A stretch of 64,000 bases of DNA from assembly GCA_020348925.1 (NCBI GenBank), contig CP070758.1:2805688-2869687 (forward strand). The letters run 5' to 3'. The notes beneath the pieces were generated by a model. It was not told where the DNA came from and made no database searches. It saw nothing but the letters and a program-made list of their open reading frames with translations. This document shows, piece by piece, positions 41,106 to 50,325 of the stretch. A program made the position numbers and the translations under genes. The DNA comes from Gemmatimonadota bacterium. GTDB taxonomy: Bacteria > JBHIER01 > G020348925. How positions within the stretch are numbered: the first letter of the stretch is position 1; every line of letters begins with the position of its first letter.

Positions 41106-43862
41106 CTATTTTAACAGTATCATCTTTTTCACACAGTGGTAGTTTTTCGTCACCAACCTGTAAAAATAGACACCCGAGCTTACTGCCTGACCTTGCTCAT
41201 CCGTGCCGTTCCATGTGATTTCATGATAGCCGGCTGATGTTTCGCCCTCTCTGAGCTTTTTCACAAGCCCACCCGTGATATTGAATACGGCCAGCCGAAC
41301 ACGCCCAGACTGTGGGAGCGCAAACCGAATCGTCGTCTCAGGATTGAAAGGGTTCGGATAGTTTTGTGTCAGAGAAAACTCTCGGGGGATCCGCACCTCG
41401 GCCTTGATCAACGCCATAAATGTTTCAAATTCATCCCTTGCAAGATACCGTTCCAACGACTCGCAAAATTCTATCACCTCCGCGTTCATCACAGGCCTCG
41501 AAACCGACGGGGCGCATTCGCCAAGACCCAGTATGACGTTGATGATACCCAGAGCGTCCAGAATATCCACGCTCCCATCACCGTTGCAATCGGCCCGGTC
41601 CAAGGGCCCACCGACAAGAAGGCTGGAAGCTAAAATGTGGTTTACGATGGCCAGCACATCCAGCACATCGCTTTCACCGTTACAATCCAGATCACCCCTC
41701 TCAACTGCACCCTGCTCCGGATTGAATACATTGGGACAATTATCCTCCTCACAGGTATTGGCTTCATACCCCGGATCGCCGTACCCATCGCCATCGCCGT
41801 CCGTGCACGAATCGCACACATCACCGAACCCATCACCGTCATCATCCTCCTGATTCAGATTTACATCATCCGGACAATTATCACAGACATCACCAACAAT
41901 ATCCCCATCCGCATCATCTTGATCAGGATTATAGTCATAAGGACAGTTGTCCTCAGAATCAGCCACTCCGTCCTCATCACGATCCACTGATGCCGGATTC
42001 AGATGCACACCTTCTCTCCATGTGGCATCAATCACCGTCCCGTTATTTCCAAAGCCGGAATGATCCTGTGTTATCTCCCCGCTGCCTTCGTTCATCTGCC
42101 AGTTCCCGACCAGCCCGGACTCATTTCCCAACAAGTAGTAATCCAGATTGACAGCGACTTCCTCATCGGACCGTAGAATATTCCAGATTCGAACTTCGTC
42201 TATTATGCCATGAAAAGTTGCGCCGAGATCCGCGGAATTGCCGATGAACAAATCTTCTCCACTGTTGTTTTCGATATCGCCTGAGGGTCTCATGATGTGG
42301 CTGACGGTCTGTTCAATACCGTTTATGTACATCGTGACAACATCTTCCCCATTGTACGTCACGGCAATATGCTGCCATTCGTCCAGGACAATTGACGCTT
42401 CTGGAGTATTCGAATAACTTATTACACCGTCGGCGTGTGTAAGTTGGAAAACCAGACTGTGATCGTTTAAGGAAAGATAAGAATCCACGAGATACAGGGA
42501 AATATATTTTTTGTCAAGCACTCTTCCGAGTCCAAGAGTTTCAAATTCTCCCCAGCCGGAAGGATTGATCCAGGCTTCGATGGTCAATGCATCCGTGAGA
42601 TTCAGGGAATGTGTGGCCGGACACGAAACATAACTATGCTCACCATCAAACAGAATAGCGCTTTCACCGTCAAATACATGGACATAATCTTCACGAATTT
42701 TAGTGTGAGAAAGCGAATCATTCGATACTTCTAAACTCACAGTGTACATTCCAGGTTCATCGTATGTCCAACTGGGATTTTGTTCATCAGAATCGACCGT
42801 TCCATCCGTATCAAAATCCCAGGCCCAAGATGTTATGCTTAGATGTGTCGTCGAAAAATCTGTGAATTGAATCGTTGCCGGGGCATTGCCTGTTTTTAAT
42901 TCTGCCTGAAAATTTGCATAAAAAGGTTTCATAGTTGTACTAAATATTGTACTGAAAAGGTTTTCAGTGAATAGAAGCGCACTGGGGTGGATATTTTCGA
43001 TTGCAGCGCTAATGACAGGCGGCTGTACGAAAGGAGAGGAATCTGAAAGAGGTAGATGTGCCGCTATAATTTGTTTTGGACGAATATGAGTGTCGATAAA
43101 TGTTTTCAGATTAGAACTGATTAGGATCCAAAAGGGAAGAATTGCCACGTCAATGTCCCTTTCCTGTAAATCAAATACATCAAAATTGTTTTCCGCGGGA
43201 TTTGCATCACCAAGATGCAGAATTTTTTTACCGTCAATAGTAATGAGAAATCCTACATTTTCAATTGGATCTGATGGGTCAGGTAACCAGTGATGCAGGT
43301 ATAAGATTTCTATCTCAACTCCCTCTCGAATGACAGTCGTGTCTTGATTAAAATCTGGAGTAATTCCTTCGACTCGATCCTCGATTGTAGAATAGTCCGC
43401 AAATTGTGAATGAAGCAGTTGTACGGTTTGCAAAGGACCGATGAAATACGCATTCTCGTTATGTATAAGATGCCGCCCCACAGATTGGGAGTTAAAATGA
43501 TCACCATGGCCGTGCGTCGCAAGAACGATGTCTATTGAATCATAAGGCGTGGTTGCTGTTTCAAGTTTCTCAAGGTCTTCGTAAGAATGAAAGGGATAAT
43601 CAGAGCCGAAATTGCGAAACAATGCATCAATTAAAATCTGTGTTTCGTGTGAAGTAATGAGTACACCTTCATTTGCAATGTATGTGATTTCAATTGACTG
43701 AAACTCGGAATTTCGTTCCAGTGCATCACGAGAATCTGGAAATGTGGTATTTACAGGATATACTGCAGACTCATCAACGGAAGTCTGTTCTCCAGCCTCT
43801 TGTGCCAGGACAATTCCTGAGAATATTAGGAATAGCAAGATTGCATGGATAAAAGTCTTCAC
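41106..43862 (-). CDS. Secreted MBL-fold metallo-hydrolase, PKD, LamG, TSP3, dockerin, helical linker and CTD
   Basis: ITYIANEGVLI, ATHGHGDH and LHLGDA; paralogue of 35763..38039; TQNYPNPFN...MILLK. Confidence 0.9.
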   Translation of the reverse strand: MKTFIHAILLFLIFSGIVLAQEAGEQTSVDESAVYPVNTTFPDSRDALERNSEFQSIEITYIANEGVLITSHETQILIDALFRNFGSDYPFHSYEDLEKLETATTPYDSIDIVLATHGHGDHFNSQSVGRHLIHNENAYFIGPLQTVQLLHSQFADYSTIEDRVEGITPDFNQDTTVIREGVEIEILYLHHWLPDPSDPIENVGFLITIDGKKILHLGDANPAENNFDVFDLQERDIDVAILPFWILISSNLKTFIDTHIRPKQIIAAHLPLSDSSPFVQPPVISAAIENIHPSALLFTENLFSTIFSTTMKPFYANFQAELKTGNAPATIQFTDFSTTHLSITSWAWDFDTDGTVDSDEQNPSWTYDEPGMYTVSLEVSNDSLSHTKIREDYVHVFDGESAILFDGEHSYVSCPATHSLNLTDALTIEAWINPSGWGEFETLGLGRVLDKKYISLYLVDSYLSLNDHSLVFQLTHADGVISYSNTPEASIVLDEWQHIAVTYNGEDVVTMYINGIEQTVSHIMRPSGDIENNSGEDLFIGNSADLGATFHGIIDEVRIWNILRSDEEVAVNLDYYLLGNESGLVGNWQMNEGSGEITQDHSGFGNNGTVIDATWREGVHLNPASVDRDEDGVADSEDNCPYDYNPDQDDADGDIVGDVCDNCPDDVNLNQEDDDGDGFGDVCDSCTDGDGDGYGDPGYEANTCEEDNCPNVFNPEQGAVERGDLDCNGESDVLDVLAIVNHILASSLLVGGPLDRADCNGDGSVDILDALGIINVILGLGECAPSVSRPVMNAEVIEFCESLERYLARDEFETFMALIKAEVRIPREFSLTQNYPNPFNPETTIRFALPQSGRVRLAVFNITGGLVKKLREGETSAGYHEITWNGTDEQGQAVSSGVYFYRLVTKNYHCVKKMILLK

Positions 43863-43947
43863 GATAATCCACCTTCATTCGAAAGTTAAAATGTGTTGAT
43901 TTAGGTTTGCTGCGTGCCCTCTGACTCCAGTACATATGGTTGAAACA

Positions 43948-46900
43948 CTACTTCAAAAGGACCATTGATTTTGTCTCGCGAAAAGCTTCTGTTTTTATGG
44001 AATAGAAGTACACTCCTGAACTCACCTCTTGACCTCGTTCATCTGTGCCGTTCCAAATTACCGAATGATATCCCGCAGTTTTTTCAACGTCCACAAGCTT
44101 TCTGACACGTTCGCCCGTAATATTGTAAATTGCAAGTTGGACGTGTGAAGCTTGAGATATACTGAAGGAAATGGTTGTCTCTGGATTGAAGGGATTAGGA
44201 TAGTTCTGAGAGAGATAATACACTGCAGGAACGGACGCTTCTTTAATCAGATACATAACCCTGCCAAAGTCATCGGCTGGGAGGTAAGACGCCAACGACT
44301 TCAAAAACTCCATCACTTCAGTGGTGAGCACTGGTTTGGAGGTTCCCAATGCACATTCACCCAAACCCAGAATCACATTTATAATACCCAGAGCATCCAG
44401 AATATCCACACCCCCGTCACCGCTGCAGTCGGCTCGGTCCAAGGGCCCACCGACAAGAAGGCTGGACGCTAAAATGTGGTTTACGACGGCCAGCACATCC
44501 AGCACATCGATTTCCCCGTTACAATCCAGATCACCCCGCTCTACAGCACTCTGCTCCGGATTGTATGCACCGGGGCAGTTGTCCTCCGCACAGACATTTT
44601 CCGGATATCCAGGATCGCCGTACCCGTCACCATCGCTGTCCGTGCACGTATCACACACATTCCCAAGACCATCGCGGTCAGCATCCGATTGATCCGAGTT
44701 GTAGTCGTCCGGACAATTGTCGCAGACATCCCCCACACCGTCACCCTCAACATCCATCTGCTCAGGATTGTATTCATCCGGACAGTTATCCTCGAAGTCA
44801 ATTACCCCATCTTCGTCACTGTCCGTTGTGATAGGATCCAGGTGAACGCCTTGTCTCCACATGGCGTCCACAACAACCCCGTCATTCCCTTTGACAGAAT
44901 TGTCCACAAGGGCTCCACCGCTCCCCTCGTTCATCCTCCAAGAGCCGACCAATCCCGTCTCATTTCCGTATGCGAAGCAATTCATATACTCCTGAATTTC
45001 TTCCGGGGTACGGACAACATTCCACAGGCGAACCTCATCGATGAGGCCGTCGAAGGTCCAGCCGAGATCCTCAGAGTTCCCGATGATGAAATCGTTTGTA
45101 CTGTTGTCTCGAATGCTGCCTGCGGGTGGAATGGTATGGGACACCGTTTGCTCGGTACCATTGATATACATCCTGACCGCATCTTCGCCATTGTAGGTGA
45201 CGGCGATGTGCTGCCACTCGTCGAGCGCAATGGACTGTTCAGGAGTGTTCGAATAACTGGCTGAATAGCTTTCGTGAATAAGCTGCAACAGGAGACTTTG
45301 CGTATTATGAGTAAGGTAGGAATCGACCAGGAAAAGCGATACATTTCTTTTTTCGATAACTTTTCCCAGACCAAAACCGGGAAATTCGCCCCAGCCGGCA
45401 GGGTTGATCCAGGCCTCGACAGTAAAGGCATCGGTGATGTTCAGGGATGGTGTGGCCGAGCACAGCGCATAGCTGTTTATTCCATCAAACAGGAGAGCGC
45501 TCTCACCGTCAAAAACATGAACATACTCCTCAAAGACCCGTGTTTCGGCGAGCGACCCGGAGGAGACCTCCAATGTCACTGTGTAAATTCCGGGCTCTTC
45601 GTATATCCAGCTCGGGCTCTGTTCATCCGAGTCAACGACCCCATCGTTATTGAAATCCCAGCTCCACGAGACGACGCTCCCGAGGGATAAATCCTGAAAA
45701 TTTACCTCCAAAGGTGCATGACCGGTGAGGGGTTCGGCAGCACAGTTTGGAAAAAGACTTGAGATCTTCAGGAGCCACACATCAAACCGGCCTGCTCCAA
45801 AAGAGCCCGTGTGTCCCGTAATAATGTAACTCCCGTCGCTGGCCTCACAGACGGAACTCCCCCAATCAGGTCCAGGGCCGCCAAAGATCTTACTCCATGT
45901 TTCATTTCCCTCCGCGTCCGTTTTGATGAGATAGACATCATTTCCCGTCTCAACGGACTTCGTCGCCCCACAAACAAGATAGCCACCGTCGGTCGTTTCA
46001 CAGACCGACCGCCCATAGTCATAGTAAGTGCCCTCACCGAATTCTCTTCTCCACTCTTCATTTCCCTGAGCATCGGTTTTTATGAGGTAGACATCGAGCA
46101 ACTCTCCGAATAGAATATCGGTCTGCCCGGCGAGGATAAAACCTCCATCCCTGGTCTCTTTGACACAATTGACCGAATCAAAATAGTAGTGATGGAACGT
46201 CCTGGTCCACTCCTCATCCCCGTTCGCATCCGTCTTTATGAGATAGATATCCCGATCACCAAAAGTACCCTGAATATTTGAAATGGTCGAACCCGCAATC
46301 AGGAGTCCGCCATCCCGTGTCTCAATGACAGAATGAGCGAACTCGGACAAATACCCGGTGAATGTCCTTGTCCAGACAGTCCCACCGTCGGCATCCATCT
46401 TTATCACATACACGTCCTGGTTCTGCGACTCAAACGATTTCGTATAGCCACAGATCACGAAGCCGCCATCACTCGTCTCGCAGACGGATTTTCCCACATC
46501 CATATGTTCGTCACCGAAGGTACGGGACCATTCCTCGTTTCCCTCGGAATCCGTTTTGACCACATATACGTCCCGCGCGCCGGCCCCGTATGACGTCGTA
46601 TATCCCACAGCAATAATTCCGCCATCGCTGGTCTGACAGGCTGAGTAGCCGTAATCCCAACCGGATCCGCCGTACGTCTTCGACCACTCCTCATTACCCT
46701 CGACATCCGTCTTCACTAGATACAGATCACAGTTTCCCGCACCATACGAGTAAGTATACCCACAGACGAGAAAGCCTCCATCGCCGGTCTCGCAGACGGA
46801 CCTGCCACCCTCCAGGCTGTTGCCGCCGAAGGTTTTGGTCCACAGGGCATCATCGTGGGTAAAAACATCTCTTTTTTTCAAAACGGCTGCCCTCTCACTC

Positions 46901-47538
46901 TCACCTCTAGGTTTGAGGTTGCCGTGTAAATGTTCATGTACCCTGGCCAGGGCCTCGCAATTTTCCCAACTGAAGGAATCACCCATCATGCTGGTGACAA
47001 CATTTCCATCGATGACAGGTGTTGTTCCACTCACGTATGTAGCCCCTGCGGTCGCGTACTCATTTTGGTACGTCGGACTGCCCGTTACGCGTCTGCCATC
47101 GATCACACCGGCTGCAGCTAAAACCCGCACAGCCGGACAAAATCCGGCCACGACAAGGCCCGATTGAGCTGCTTCTCCAATAAGATCCAATGCGTCCTGA
47201 CTGGCTAAAAGATCCGCGCAGGCGTCATTACCTCCGCCTGACATGACTGCCACGATATCATAGTCGGCAACATCCGTAATATCGGAAACAAGGATATCCA
47301 CGGTAAGGGCAGGAGCCCCAAGGGGTCCCCCATACACAGGGCACGCTGCGACCGTCTCTGTAATTCCTGCGAGTGTAACATCCCACCCGAAGAGCTCGAA
47401 GTCATCCCTATCAAGATGATAATTGGTTCCGTAATTACTGGGTATCAAGATCAAGATATTGACATCCTGCCCGAGCGCCCCGCGGATGAACGTTACCGTT
47501 AGAAAAACACAGAGAGTTGAGATGAGCTCTTTTTTCAC
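43948..47538 (-). CDS. Secreted DJ-1/PfpI domain, beta-propeller repeats, PKD, LamG, TSP3, dockerin, helical linker and CTD
   Basis: Start moved to GTG 47538 (AAGGAGG RBS). DYDIVAVMSGG, VAGFCPAV, GRRVTG and VIDGNVVTS (DJ-1/PfpI); about 7 repeats of W-x-(K/R)-T-F-G...TxDGG...D-V-Y-L-I-K-T-D. Confidence 0.9.
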   Translation of the reverse strand: MKKELISTLCVFLTVTFIRGALGQDVNILILIPSNYGTNYHLDRDDFELFGWDVTLAGITETVAACPVYGGPLGAPALTVDILVSDITDVADYDIVAVMSGGGNDACADLLASQDALDLIGEAAQSGLVVAGFCPAVRVLAAAGVIDGRRVTGSPTYQNEYATAGATYVSGTTPVIDGNVVTSMMGDSFSWENCEALARVHEHLHGNLKPRGESERAAVLKKRDVFTHDDALWTKTFGGNSLEGGRSVCETGDGGFLVCGYTYSYGAGNCDLYLVKTDVEGNEEWSKTYGGSGWDYGYSACQTSDGGIIAVGYTTSYGAGARDVYVVKTDSEGNEEWSRTFGDEHMDVGKSVCETSDGGFVICGYTKSFESQNQDVYVIKMDADGGTVWTRTFTGYLSEFAHSVIETRDGGLLIAGSTISNIQGTFGDRDIYLIKTDANGDEEWTRTFHHYYFDSVNCVKETRDGGFILAGQTDILFGELLDVYLIKTDAQGNEEWRREFGEGTYYDYGRSVCETTDGGYLVCGATKSVETGNDVYLIKTDAEGNETWSKIFGGPGPDWGSSVCEASDGSYIITGHTGSFGAGRFDVWLLKISSLFPNCAAEPLTGHAPLEVNFQDLSLGSVVSWSWDFNNDGVVDSDEQSPSWIYEEPGIYTVTLEVSSGSLAETRVFEEYVHVFDGESALLFDGINSYALCSATPSLNITDAFTVEAWINPAGWGEFPGFGLGKVIEKRNVSLFLVDSYLTHNTQSLLLQLIHESYSASYSNTPEQSIALDEWQHIAVTYNGEDAVRMYINGTEQTVSHTIPPAGSIRDNSTNDFIIGNSEDLGWTFDGLIDEVRLWNVVRTPEEIQEYMNCFAYGNETGLVGSWRMNEGSGGALVDNSVKGNDGVVVDAMWRQGVHLDPITTDSDEDGVIDFEDNCPDEYNPEQMDVEGDGVGDVCDNCPDDYNSDQSDADRDGLGNVCDTCTDSDGDGYGDPGYPENVCAEDNCPGAYNPEQSAVERGDLDCNGEIDVLDVLAVVNHILASSLLVGGPLDRADCSGDGGVDILDALGIINVILGLGECALGTSKPVLTTEVMEFLKSLASYLPADDFGRVMYLIKEASVPAVYYLSQNYPNPFNPETTISFSISQASHVQLAIYNITGERVRKLVDVEKTAGYHSVIWNGTDERGQEVSSGVYFYSIKTEAFRETKSMVLLK

Positions 47539-48018
47539 CTTTCCCTCCTTCCCCGTGAGGACGGACGTACCGAATGTATCCACAAAGGACTGCAACTATG
47601 CTCAGAAAATACAGATATATAAGATTGATTCTTCAACATCTGGGACGGTGTGCTTCTGGTTATTACAGATATTTATTTGTCTGCAAGGTTTCGGTTGCAA
47701 AACGTGTGCCACTACACATTCCGTTAAAAGTTATAAAAAATCTTGCTTTGAGCACAACGATTTACAAGGACTCAACAGATGGGACTTGTCAGACACACCC
47801 TCCTATTCTCTCGAATGGGGGCGCACAGAATTGCACGTCTCAAGAGGAATCATTTTGCATTCCGAGGATAATTGCACGTAATCGTCTCCTTTGAAGGGTG
47901 AGAACCGTCGGGTGCAAGGCGAACCGTGCAGTTCTCATCAATTCATTCCAAAGAGGATGGGGACCGTCCGCTCAATAACATGATGTCTTCTAAGACCGCA
48001 CAAGATTGTATGACTCAA

Positions 48019-50289
48019 TTAAGGTTGACACGTGCCAATCCCGAGCACGACGTTCACAATCCCCAAAGCGTCCAGTATGTCCACACTCCTGTCAGCGTTG
48101 CAGTCGGCTCGGTCCAGAGGATCACCGGCCAGTGGGGTCGAAGCTAAAATATGGTTTACGACGGCCAGAACATCGAGGACATCGATCCCGCCGTTACAGT
48201 CCACATCGCCTCTGTCGACAGGCGCCTGATCGGGATTGTACACGTAGGGGCAATTGTCCTCCTGGCATTCGTTGGTCGGATACCCCGGATCGCCGTATCC
48301 GTCGTTGTCGGTATCCATGCATGCATCGCACACATCACCACTGCCGTCACCGTCACCATCGACCTGATCCGGATTGGCCTCTTCAGGGCAGTTGTCGCAG
48401 ACATCGCCAATGGTGTCATCGTCCGTATCGTCCTGATCCGGATTAGGGTCATGGGGACAATTGTCCTCGAAGTCGAGAACCCCGTCCTCATCAGCATCCG
48501 TCGTCGCAGGATTGAGGTGAACCCCCTGAATCCAGGCTACATCGGTCAATGTGCCGTCATTTCCATACGTTGAATAATCCGAAATTGTTTCGCCGTTGCC
48601 CTCGTTCATCTGATAGTAGCCGACCAATCCTTGCTCCATTCCAGACAAATATGAGTCCATAGTGGCCTGGATCTCCTCCCCGGTTCGCACGATATTCCAG
48701 ATTCGAACCTCATCGATGATGCCGTCGAAGGTGAATCCGCTATTGGCATCGCTTCCTATCACGAGATCATCTGTGCCGTTATCGGCGATATCTCCCGAGG
48801 GTGACGGATTGTGTATCAGTGTCTGCTCCACGCCGTTGATGTATATTCTCATTTGGCTCGTCGTACCATCGTACGTCACGGCCACATGCTGCCATGCGTC
48901 AAGAACAAGAGATTGTTCGGGTGTTATCGAAAAACTGACGGGGCCCTGAGAGTGCGAGAGCTGAACGGCCAAGCCGCGATCGTTGAAAGCAGGATGGGAT
49001 CCAATAAGCATGAGAGAGTATTTACCTTTATCGACCACCCTTCCAAATCCAATGCCCTGCACTTTTCCCCAGCCGGAGGGATTGATCCAGGCCTCGACGG
49101 TCAGTTTATCAGTACAATTCAAGGATGGTGGGGCTCCGCACAGGGCGACGCTGTTGTCGCCATCGAACTGCAGAGCGCTCTCGCCATCGAAAACACGTAT
49201 ATAATCTTGTGCAGTATATGTTCTGTTTATCGAATTGTTTGAAAAGTTCAAACTCACTGAGTAAACACCCGGTTCCATGTATGTCCATACAGGATTTTGC
49301 TCGTAGGAATCCGTTGTGCCGTCAGTATTGAAATCCCAGACCCAGGTGGTTAACGGTGGATCGTAATCTGATCGATCGGTAAAGTGGACCTCCAGTGGAG
49401 AGTGGCCTGTTAATGGTTCTGCATGCATACACGATGGAACTATTGTCACAAGATCCATCCGATTGCCGTTAAAATTTGGAACAACCACGATATTGTCTCG
49501 CTTGTTGAACCCAATATCCGCAGGGCCTTCGTGACCGCTCGAGACCACCTGACGCGGGTCGCTGAACTCGCGATCAAATCGATACACCGAGCCAGTCGAC
49601 CAGGAAGAGATATATATATTCCCCTCATCATCCTGAGTCAGGCCATCGCAAGCGGCTAAATTCATATTCGTCAAAACGGTCAGCGTGGAATCTTGCAGGT
49701 TGACAGAGAGAACGGGTGCACCGGGGCTTGACTCCGATATAACCAGCAACCGATTGTTTCTCCTATCGAACAGGATTCCGTTCGGAGAAGAGAGGCTCGC
49801 TGTAACAAAGGTCGAATAACTCTGGTCGTTCCTCCGAACCTTGAATATTCTGTCCGTATTGTATTCCGTTACATAGAGATACCCTGAGGTATCCGACGTA
49901 ATATCGTTTAAGAGTTGCATTCCGGTGATATACAGATTGGAAATTGTTTCCCCGGTCGTCAGATCAAATCCAATCAACCCCGCATTAGGACCGGTATTGC
50001 ATGCGGCATAGAGCGTGTTTCCCACTATATGCAAGCCAGCGATATTGTGGGCTCCCAAAAAATCGGTGTTGAAGTAACTCTGCACGCCGTCGTTGTCAAT
50101 CTGAACCACACCTCCATCCCCCCAGTTCGATACGAGATACCGGTTATTGACCTCATCGAAGACAGCACTTTCAGGATTATTGAGCAGGTTCTGAGGGTAT
50201 GTATACATCGGAGAGACTATAAGAATCAACATCATGATTCCGATGACGACATTTCCTTTCGCTAACAATGTTACTACTGCTTTTTTCAT
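48019..50289 (-). CDS. Secreted SMP-30/gluconolactonase-like propeller, PKD, LamG, TSP3 and dockerin (no CTD)
   Basis: [23 protein letters not shown] and GPADIGF motifs; shared chassis; ends at GTCQP. Confidence 0.88.
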   Translation of the reverse strand: MKKAVVTLLAKGNVVIGIMMLILIVSPMYTYPQNLLNNPESAVFDEVNNRYLVSNWGDGGVVQIDNDGVQSYFNTDFLGAHNIAGLHIVGNTLYAACNTGPNAGLIGFDLTTGETISNLYITGMQLLNDITSDTSGYLYVTEYNTDRIFKVRRNDQSYSTFVTASLSSPNGILFDRRNNRLLVISESSPGAPVLSVNLQDSTLTVLTNMNLAACDGLTQDDEGNIYISSWSTGSVYRFDREFSDPRQVVSSGHEGPADIGFNKRDNIVVVPNFNGNRMDLVTIVPSCMHAEPLTGHSPLEVHFTDRSDYDPPLTTWVWDFNTDGTTDSYEQNPVWTYMEPGVYSVSLNFSNNSINRTYTAQDYIRVFDGESALQFDGDNSVALCGAPPSLNCTDKLTVEAWINPSGWGKVQGIGFGRVVDKGKYSLMLIGSHPAFNDRGLAVQLSHSQGPVSFSITPEQSLVLDAWQHVAVTYDGTTSQMRIYINGVEQTLIHNPSPSGDIADNGTDDLVIGSDANSGFTFDGIIDEVRIWNIVRTGEEIQATMDSYLSGMEQGLVGYYQMNEGNGETISDYSTYGNDGTLTDVAWIQGVHLNPATTDADEDGVLDFEDNCPHDPNPDQDDTDDDTIGDVCDNCPEEANPDQVDGDGDGSGDVCDACMDTDNDGYGDPGYPTNECQEDNCPYVYNPDQAPVDRGDVDCNGGIDVLDVLAVVNHILASTPLAGDPLDRADCNADRSVDILDALGIVNVVLGIGTCQP

Positions 50290-50325
50290 CTCAAACCTCC
50301 TCTCTTATGCCACAAGGTGAAACCA

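Noticed and set aside
38219-41565. Possible diversity-generating retroelement TR/VR pair
   Set aside because: Both repeats lie inside coding paralogues, mismatches are not confined to adenines, and no reverse transcriptase is in the window.
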